Positions 57,125 through 64,000 of a stretch of 64,000 nt of DNA are shown here, in pieces. Origin of the DNA: Candidatus Zixiibacteriota bacterium. Its GTDB lineage: Bacteria > Zixibacteria > MSB-5A5 > UBA10806 > 4484-95. The notes under the pieces are model-generated. The model saw nothing but the letters and a program-made list of their open reading frames with translations, had not been told where the DNA came from and ran no database searches. A program made the translations under genes and the position numbers. The stretch spans positions 224,001-288,000 of the forward strand of contig JBBIRK010000003.1 in the NCBI GenBank assembly GCA_037441845.1, in the 5' to 3' direction. Position 1 is the stretch's first letter, and each line of letters opens with the position of its first letter.

Positions 57125-59380
57125 ATGGCATTAAGAATCAACCACAACATCACGGCTCTGGATGCCTGGCGCAATTTGACCAATACCACGCGCAAGATGG
57201 GCGTGACGATGGAGAAGTTGTCGTCCGGTTTCCGGGTTAACAGGGCAGCCGATGATCCGGCCGGCCTGGTTATTTCCGAGCAGTTCAGAGCGCAGATTGC
57301 CGGTTTGAATCGCGCCGTGCAAAACTCGGAAGGGTCGATCAACATGATTCAGACCGCCGAGGGAGCGCTCAACGAAATCAACAACCTGTTGGTTTCGATG
57401 AGAGAACTGGCAATCCACGCCGCCAACGAAGGTTTCAACGATGCCGATCAGCTTGCCGCTGATCAGGCTGAAATAACCAACGCCATCAGAACCATCAACA
57501 GAATCGCCGCCAACACCCAGTTCGGCACGAAGAAGCTGCTCGATGGTTCCGCGGCAAACGTGGCTGCCATCACGACCTCGAATACCTCGCAGGTCACCTT
57601 GACCGAGTCGCAGTTGCTGGCGGGTGTGCACAGCATCACCGCCGTGAAGCTGACCGAATCGACCGCCACGATCGACACTACGACATTCGGACTTTCGAAT
57701 CCAGCCAGCCCATATAACCTGTCCGATGGCGTGCATAACATCGACGTCATCCAAGCTTCCGCAGGCGCAGTGAAGGTGGGTAATGCGATCAGCGCCTTGG
57801 ACGCTTGGGGCAAAGGCATTTCGGTAACCGGAACTGCCGCCTCGGTGAGAGCCGCATATATCAGGGCTGCTACCGGCATGACGACAGTGGCCAACAACGT
57901 CCAGCATACGATCGTCTTCCAGATAAACTATCAGGAGATGGGATCCAATCCAGTCGGAATGCAGACGTTGACGATTCGCACTGATGCCGTTGCGTCATCG
58001 GCTCTTGCGGCCAATATAGTGGCCAAGCTGAACGACGCCATCAACGCAAATACATATCTTGCCGGCAAAGTGCAGGCCACGGTTACGGATGCTGCAGGTG
58101 GACCGGACTCGATCCGTATCGCCACCACCGGAACCGGGACCCAGTATTCGATAGCTGTCGGCAGCATAACCGCCACCAACGCCAGCATCAACTCTGCCTT
58201 GAGCGGCTTGGCTAACCGCAACGATCGTGGTCGTTCCGGCAATCAATTGTCGATAACGGCGCAGTTCGCTTCCAGTTCGACGCTGGTTGACGCCTTTACC
58301 CGGACCCGGACTTTCGCGATCGGCAGCGGAACGTTCACTACTCTGTCGGCTCTGGTAGCCACGATCAACGCCAAACTGACCCTGGATAGCATCTTCGGTA
58401 CCTATAACGATACAACGGCCGGCGAAGCCCAAAAAGTGTACGCAACCGTTGTGAGCGCCGGCGGTCTTTCATATCTGAAGTTCTACACTTCGGATGAAGG
58501 CTCCAAGTATTCCTTGAAGATCAACGCCACGGGCGGAACCGCCACGTCGCTCAACACGGCGCTCGGTCTGACTATCGACACGATCGCCAAGACCGGTACT
58601 GACGCTATCGTGCGATTCGACGGCTACAACAACACGATCAACGACGTCCGCTATTTCTTCACCGCATCGCTTTACAACGAGAGCGTAAGCCTTTACACCT
58701 CCGACAACATCAACACCCGCGGCTCGATCACTCTCGATAGGGCTATGGCCCAGACGAACGGCGGAATTCTCGTCGGCAATATGTTGTTGACCGTGAGAGC
58801 CAGAACCTACAGCGTTCAGCTCGACGGCGGGCCGGCGACGGTGGTAACCGCTGGACAAAGCGCGACCATCTTCAATTCCCAGCGCGACCAATCGATCTCG
58901 GTGCGGTATTCGCTGAAATCGGAAGGTGGAACCGAGCAACTTTATGTCACCGATCGGTCGCTGGTATTCCAGATCGGCGCGAATGTCGGCCAGACAGCGA
59001 GAATCGGCATGGACAACATGTCGGCTGATACGCTGGGCCGCAACGTGTCCAATTCTCAATTTGGCAGCCTGGCTGAAATCGACGTGACGACTTCCTCGGG
59101 CGCCCAGGATGCCCAGCGTGTTATCGATCAGGCGATAACCGAGGTGACCAATGCGCGCGGCAAGCTCGGGTCGTTCCAGAAGAATACTCTGGAATCCAAC
59201 CTGACCAACCTCAGGATTGCCGCCCAGAACCTGACGGCTTCTGAATCGACGATTCGCGACACCGACATGGCCAAAGAGATGTCCGAATTCGTCAGACATC
59301 AGATTCTGCTTCAGGCGGGCACGGCGATGCTTGCTCAGGGCAATCAGATACCTCAAGTCGTGCTTTCTTTGTTCCGGTAG
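57125..59380 (+). CDS. fliC: Flagellin, large (751 aa)
   Basis: MALRINHN, EKLSSGFRVNRAADDPAGL, QTAEGALNE, FQIGAN, ENL-like QNLTASESTIRDTDMAKEM. Confidence 0.98.
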   Translation: MALRINHNITALDAWRNLTNTTRKMGVTMEKLSSGFRVNRAADDPAGLVISEQFRAQIAGLNRAVQNSEGSINMIQTAEGALNEINNLLVSMRELAIHAANEGFNDADQLAADQAEITNAIRTINRIAANTQFGTKKLLDGSAANVAAITTSNTSQVTLTESQLLAGVHSITAVKLTESTATIDTTTFGLSNPASPYNLSDGVHNIDVIQASAGAVKVGNAISALDAWGKGISVTGTAASVRAAYIRAATGMTTVANNVQHTIVFQINYQEMGSNPVGMQTLTIRTDAVASSALAANIVAKLNDAINANTYLAGKVQATVTDAAGGPDSIRIATTGTGTQYSIAVGSITATNASINSALSGLANRNDRGRSGNQLSITAQFASSSTLVDAFTRTRTFAIGSGTFTTLSALVATINAKLTLDSIFGTYNDTTAGEAQKVYATVVSAGGLSYLKFYTSDEGSKYSLKINATGGTATSLNTALGLTIDTIAKTGTDAIVRFDGYNNTINDVRYFFTASLYNESVSLYTSDNINTRGSITLDRAMAQTNGGILVGNMLLTVRARTYSVQLDGGPATVVTAGQSATIFNSQRDQSISVRYSLKSEGGTEQLYVTDRSLVFQIGANVGQTARIGMDNMSADTLGRNVSNSQFGSLAEIDVTTSSGAQDAQRVIDQAITEVTNARGKLGSFQKNTLESNLTNLRIAAQNLTASESTIRDTDMAKEMSEFVRHQILLQAGTAMLAQGNQIPQVVLSLFR

Positions 59381-59388
59381 TGATTCCA

Positions 59389-59418
59389 GGGGGAGGGCCT
59401 TCATCGAGGCCCTTCCCC
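59389..59418 (+). terminator. Strong stem-loop after fliC (weak terminator or stabiliser)
   Basis: GGGGGAGGGCCT-TCATCG-AGGCCCTTCCCC followed by only GTTTG. Confidence 0.6.
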
Positions 59419-59437
59419 GTTTGAAAAGGATCTGGCC

Positions 59438-59821
59438 ATGAATACGGAAATAGCCAATGTTGCGCGTATCAAAACCGCTGAGACCAGAACCGTCTTGTTG
59501 CGGGATTTGATCAGAGCTGGCCAGTCTATTAAAAGCGATTTTCACGTCAAATCGATTTTAAAGGATTCAACCGATACATTGGCCGATTCGGAACGATTAA
59601 AGAATAAAATCGCCAAAGCCGTTGAGTATTTCGAAAAGTTCGCTCGTGATTTTCAATTCGACCTGCGGTTCTCGGTCGATGAAAGTTCGAATTCGATAGT
59701 AATCAAGGTGTTGGAAAAAGGTACTGATAAAGTTATCAGGCAAATTCCCCCCGATGAAATTTTGAGACTTAGACAGAGGATAAGTGATCTTTTGGGCGCT
59801 TTATACGACAGCAAAGCGTGA
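59438..59821 (+). CDS. flaG: FlaG family protein
   Basis: LRFSVDE, VIKV, VIRQIPPDEIL, GALYD. Confidence 0.93.
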   Translation: MNTEIANVARIKTAETRTVLLRDLIRAGQSIKSDFHVKSILKDSTDTLADSERLKNKIAKAVEYFEKFARDFQFDLRFSVDESSNSIVIKVLEKGTDKVIRQIPPDEILRLRQRISDLLGALYDSKA

Positions 59822-60004
59822 GATAAGGTTCGGCCGTATTGATTTGTCGCGTCCATACGGCGCCTTGTATCGCTCAAAATCGATTATTTTGGAAAGAAGT
59901 TTATTAATGATAAGTCTGCGATATAGAATAAACGAAATTTCTTCAATCGAAAAGCGACGGAGCCTGCGGCAATGCGCTCCGGAGGGAATAAATCGAGGTT
60001 AACG

Positions 60005-62353
60005 ATGGCATACTCGGGCGCGATAGACGGTTTGATCTCCGGGATGAATACGACGAATATCATCGAAACGATCATGAAATTCGAACGGCAGCGGGTGGAT
60101 CTTTATACCGCCCGTCAATCCGAACTTACCAATAAAATCACATCATGGAAATCAATCGAGGCGTTGCTTTTGGGATTCAAATCGCAGGCGTCGATTCTCG
60201 CCGACGAAAGATTTTGGTATGCCCGGTCGGTTGCGGTATCCGACAACGATGTTATCAGCGCCAGCGCATCGACGAACGCTTCTCCGGGTGTCTATTATTT
60301 GAATGTCAATCGGCTGGCAACCAACCACCAGATCGCCAGCCAGGGTTTCAATATCCAAGAACAAGCGATCGGAACCGGAACGGTAACGATTCAACTCGGT
60401 TCGGGACAAACAACGACGATAACCATCGATTCCTCAAACAACACACTTGTCGGCTTGAAGAACGCTATAAACAACGCCAACGCCGGTGTCAACGCCGCCA
60501 TAGTCAGCGACGGCTCTTATTCGAATCAGTACCGCTTGGTGTTGACTTCCAAAGAGACAGGTCTGAATTCCACGATCAGTTTCACCGCTAACCTCAGCGG
60601 CGGCACCGTCCCTGATTTTTCCACGCCCCAATTCGACGTTGTCGAAAAATTGAACTGGAACGGCAGCGCAACCTCCTCTCCCGCAGTCGGAGCTTCAGCG
60701 GCCTATACCGGGACCACCAACAAAACTTATACTTTCACCGTGGCCGGCTCCGGGTTGCAGACAGTCGGTTCCGGGGAAATTACACTCGATTGGACCGACG
60801 GCACAAACAGCGGCTCGATCGTAATAAATGCGGCAGACACCGATTTTGCGTTAAGTGGAACCGGTGCCGATGGGTTATCGGTGAGATTTTCGGCCGGTGT
60901 GCTCAACGGCGGAGACAAGTTCCAGATCCAGACTTTCGCTCCGGTGATTCAGGCGGCGCAGAATGCCGAGATTCAATTGGGCAGTTCGTCCGGGGGAGGT
61001 TCGCCGATAACGATAAGTTCGTCGTCGAACACCTTGAAGAACTTGATTCAGGGCGTAACCGTGGAATTACATGCTCTGACAACGCCGGGAAAGCCGGTGG
61101 AAATCCGAATCGAGGAAGATCGGAATCAGATAAAAGACCAAATCCGGGAATTCGTAAATAAGTATAACGAGTATCAGGATTTCGTCGATAAGCAGTTTTC
61201 CTATAAACAAGAAACAGGCGTCGCCGGAGTGCTTCTTGGCGAAGGTTCATTGTTGACTCTTCATAACGACGTCCGGGGTTTGCTGAGTCATGTTTACGAG
61301 GGCAGAACCACCGAATTGAGGATGCTTTCGCAGGTCGGCGTTAAATTCGACTCATCCGGGAAACTCAAATTCGACGAATCGGTGTTCAATAAGAAAATGG
61401 ACGACGATTTCCTTGGAGTCGTCAACCTGTTCAAATCGACGGCCACATCCGATTCCGAATTCATAGAATATGTATCCTCCACGGTGAGCACCAAAGCCGC
61501 CGTCGATGGCTATAAAGTCGATATCACTCAGGCGGCTCAAAGAGGAATGTACACCGGAGTAGGAATCGTCAACCCGTTGCAGACACCGTTGGTGATAGAT
61601 GCGACGAATAATGTTCTAAGGTTGAAAATCAATAATAACCTCAGCGGGCTGATCACTCTCGCTCCGAAAACTTACACCTCGGGGGCCGAGCTTGCCCAAG
61701 ATTTGGAAAACGCCATCAACAGCGACCGCACGGCCGCCGCGATAGGGGTCGATGTGGAGTGGGTCGACAACGGTGGAAACGGCAACCTTATATTATACAC
61801 GAGGACGTACGGTTCCAAATCGAGCATAACTATCGAAGATTCGACCGAAACCACCGCTCATTCAGTATTGGGTCTCACCGGCGGAACGGCGACCGCCGGG
61901 CAGGATGTGGCCGGCACAATCAACGGCGAGCCTGCCACCGGCAACGGCCAGTATTTGATAGGCAACTCGGACAATCAAAGCACCGCAGGCTTGAAATTGA
62001 AAATAACCGCAACGCCGGAACAGATTATCGACGGGGTCGAGGGGACCATACTGTTCAACAAGGGAATCGCAGCGCTGCTCGAGGAGAGGCTGAACAGATA
62101 CACTGACTCGTATGAAGGCATTCTTAAAGGCAGGACCGATGCCATTCAGAAGCAAGTGGATAATATCGCCAAGCAAATAACCGCGCTCGAGAAACAACTG
62201 GAGAGAAAGCGCGCCGCATTATACAAGCAATTCGCCGCTATGGAGGAGGCCCTCGGCAAATTGAAATCGCAGCAGGAGTATCTTGCCGCCGCGGTAAGTA
62301 ATCTCTCACAGCTGAGCGCAACCACGGGGACTAACGCAACTTTCGGTGGGTGA
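60005..62353 (+). CDS. fliD: Filament cap FliD, enlarged (~782 aa)
   Basis: IDGLISGMNT, VNRLA, YRLVLTSKETG, FVNKYN, QFAAME; ATG 60005 follows GAGGT. Confidence 0.95.
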   Translation: MAYSGAIDGLISGMNTTNIIETIMKFERQRVDLYTARQSELTNKITSWKSIEALLLGFKSQASILADERFWYARSVAVSDNDVISASASTNASPGVYYLNVNRLATNHQIASQGFNIQEQAIGTGTVTIQLGSGQTTTITIDSSNNTLVGLKNAINNANAGVNAAIVSDGSYSNQYRLVLTSKETGLNSTISFTANLSGGTVPDFSTPQFDVVEKLNWNGSATSSPAVGASAAYTGTTNKTYTFTVAGSGLQTVGSGEITLDWTDGTNSGSIVINAADTDFALSGTGADGLSVRFSAGVLNGGDKFQIQTFAPVIQAAQNAEIQLGSSSGGGSPITISSSSNTLKNLIQGVTVELHALTTPGKPVEIRIEEDRNQIKDQIREFVNKYNEYQDFVDKQFSYKQETGVAGVLLGEGSLLTLHNDVRGLLSHVYEGRTTELRMLSQVGVKFDSSGKLKFDESVFNKKMDDDFLGVVNLFKSTATSDSEFIEYVSSTVSTKAAVDGYKVDITQAAQRGMYTGVGIVNPLQTPLVIDATNNVLRLKINNNLSGLITLAPKTYTSGAELAQDLENAINSDRTAAAIGVDVEWVDNGGNGNLILYTRTYGSKSSITIEDSTETTAHSVLGLTGGTATAGQDVAGTINGEPATGNGQYLIGNSDNQSTAGLKLKITATPEQIIDGVEGTILFNKGIAALLEERLNRYTDSYEGILKGRTDAIQKQVDNIAKQITALEKQLERKRAALYKQFAAMEEALGKLKSQQEYLAAAVSNLSQLSATTGTNATFGG

Positions 62354-62793
62354 ACTTGATGCAAGACCAATTGGGAACCTATCAACAGATGCATATTAGC
62401 GGCCTGAATCAAAAGGATCTGATCGTGTCGCTGTATGCCGGGGCTATCAGGTTTATGGAGCAGGGTAAAGAACGTATGGCTAAAAACGACATTCAGGGCA
62501 CGCACGACAATCTCAGCCGAGCCCGGAATATATTCGTTCATCTGCTATCGACGCTCGATATAGAGAAGGGCGGGGAAATAGCGCGTAAACTATCCTCGCT
62601 TTATGCTTATTTTATCGAAAAGATCACTGTGGCGAATGTAACCAAAAACCAGTCGGAACTAAATGAAATCCTGCCGCTTGTCAGGAATATCAAGGAGTCC
62701 TGGGAAGCCATCGAAATCGATGGAGACACGCTAAAAAATCCGCGGACAACCGGCGGGTTTGCGCCGATTTGTCGGTTTTCCGCTGAGGTATGA
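62350..62793 (+). CDS. fliS: Flagellin chaperone FliS
   Basis: LIVSLYAGAIRF, TLDIEKGGEIARKLSSLY, IKESW. Confidence 0.95.
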   Translation: MNLMQDQLGTYQQMHISGLNQKDLIVSLYAGAIRFMEQGKERMAKNDIQGTHDNLSRARNIFVHLLSTLDIEKGGEIARKLSSLYAYFIEKITVANVTKNQSELNEILPLVRNIKESWEAIEIDGDTLKNPRTTGGFAPICRFSAEV

Positions 62794-62794
62794 C

Positions 62795-63208
62795 ATGAAA
62801 TCGACTGAGCCGTTTCACGATTTGTTGTTGCTGAAAGAACGTTGTTGCGCCGAATTGAAAGCTTTCCTGGATAAAGCCGTTAATGGAAACATGGCCCAAA
62901 GACCCTGGGGACTCGAGATAGTGGAAAAGGTGGATACTTATCTTCGAAGGATGAAGGATATCGATAGCGAACTCGCCGCAGCCGGCGCGGGCACGATCGA
63001 TAAAATAGATTCGGCATCATTGAATAAGACGCTGGATAATATCGAAAGCTCCTTGAGAGCGGCGATAAGCAACTTGAGATTGTTGCAGTTGCGATTCGCA
63101 GCCGCCAAGGCGCTGGTAGGGGAAAAACTAAAAACGGTTTCGGGCAGCAAAGCGATAAACTACCTCAACGCCGACATGCAAAATCTGTCCGAAATGGTCA
63201 GAAGCTGA
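62795..63208 (+). CDS. Helical hypothetical protein at the FliT position
   Basis: ATG 62795 follows GAGGT, immediately after fliS; helical; FliT identity rests on position only. Confidence 0.55.
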   Translation: MKSTEPFHDLLLLKERCCAELKAFLDKAVNGNMAQRPWGLEIVEKVDTYLRRMKDIDSELAAAGAGTIDKIDSASLNKTLDNIESSLRAAISNLRLLQLRFAAAKALVGEKLKTVSGSKAINYLNADMQNLSEMVRS

Positions 63209-63245
63209 AGGCGGTGTTCTGTATTTTCCTGAATAGAGGAAAAAG

Positions 63246-63710
63246 ATGAGAATAGACGGCTCCGGATTGCCCGTTCGTTTCAATCGCGAAAATAGTAAAT
63301 CTGAACGGAGAGCGGACAAACCATCCGAACATCACGACTCGATCGACTTGCGTAAAACCGTCGAGCCTGAAAATCCGGTCTATTCGATCGAAATCCGTCG
63401 GTCGGACGATGAGGGTAAGAAACTACCGATCGACATATTGAGCGAATTGAGGCATAGATCCACCGATGGTTATTATGATAAAGATGAGATTCGCCGCAGG
63501 ACTTCGGAAAAAATAATCGACAGCGCCGAGTTCAGCGACGTGGTTTCCGATTTTTACAACTCGAGAGTTTCGAACGACGCAGCCAAGTATTCGTTAAACA
63601 ACGAGGAAAAGATCGCCGAAATGCGCAAAAAAGCGGCCACTGGTTTTTACGATGATCCTGCGAATTTCGGCGCTTTCGCCGATAAACTGATCAAGTATTT
63701 CGGTCTATGA
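63246..63710 (+). CDS. FlgM-like anti-sigma28 with two tandem C-terminal motifs
   Basis: MRIDG start, DSIDL, then ILSELRHRSTDGYY and KIAEMRKKAATGFY...FADKLI. Confidence 0.6.
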   Translation: MRIDGSGLPVRFNRENSKSERRADKPSEHHDSIDLRKTVEPENPVYSIEIRRSDDEGKKLPIDILSELRHRSTDGYYDKDEIRRRTSEKIIDSAEFSDVVSDFYNSRVSNDAAKYSLNNEEKIAEMRKKAATGFYDDPANFGAFADKLIKYFGL

Positions 63711-63732
63711 CTGATTGAATTCCGATTGGATT

Positions 63733-64000
63733 ATGCCTGAAATCGCAACCGCCGCCGAAAAGAAGATAAAATCCATACTGGGCAGAATCAACAACCTGCC
63801 CACGCCGCCGATTGTATTCGCCCAAGTCAATAAGGTGCTGAACGATCCTGATACCTCGGCTTACCAAATCGGGGCGATATTATCTGAAGACCCGGCGCTC
63901 TCGGCAAAAATACTGAAAATGACCAATTCGGCATTTTATGGTTTGTCACGCACCGTGACCAGCGTGAAACAGGCGATCGTGATTCTCGGTCTTGATGCCG
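63733..64000 (+). CDS. HDOD-domain signal transduction protein (3' truncated by window edge)
   Basis: Manual translation: MPEIATAAEKKIKSILGRINNLPTPP...SEDPALSAKILKMTNSAFYGLSRTVTSVKQAIVILG. Confidence 0.88.
   Translation, partial: MPEIATAAEKKIKSILGRINNLPTPPIVFAQVNKVLNDPDTSAYQIGAILSEDPALSAKILKMTNSAFYGLSRTVTSVKQAIVILGLDA

Noticed and set aside
1..64000. CRISPR arrays, tRNA or rRNA genes
   Set aside because: No regularly spaced repeats or RNA-gene signatures seen; intergenic gaps are short and explained by promoters.

Overview
Nearly the whole window is one flagellar supercluster, all on the + strand, from a diderm bacterium (it has flgH/flgI). Gene order: fliF(partial)-fliG-H-I-J, motE-like, fliK, flgD, TIGR02530-type gene, flgE, flbD, fliL-M-N-O-P-Q-R, flhB-A-F-G, fliA, a signalling cassette (DUF2225-like, PilZ brake, four receivers, two degenerate GAF/kinase-like proteins, a mini MCP-tip-like protein), fapA, flgF-G-A-H-I-J(SLT)-N-K, csrA, flgL, fliW, a flagellin glycosylation island, fliC, flaG, fliD, fliS, a FliT-like gene, a tandem FlgM-like gene and a partial HDOD gene. 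A single ~2300-aa secreted multidomain adhesin-like gene with a dockerin-like tail is inserted on the - strand between fliJ and motE; it has its own consensus sigma70 promoter and terminator. The tail is reminiscent of Zixibacteria-type proteins, but that is recall-based inference. Sigma54 and sigma28 promoters and CsrA sites can be read directly. Most notable: (1) no motA/motB at the usual flbD-fliL position and no che genes in the window; (2) a pseudo-kinase/receiver cassette sits where chemotaxis genes often lie; (3) hook, junction, filament and cap proteins are all much enlarged, including an Ig/FN3-like insert in FlgE; (4) an ArnA/ArnB-like amino-sugar pathway with an apparently dead formyltransferase lies next to the flagellin. 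All family calls come from motif recognition, not database searches.
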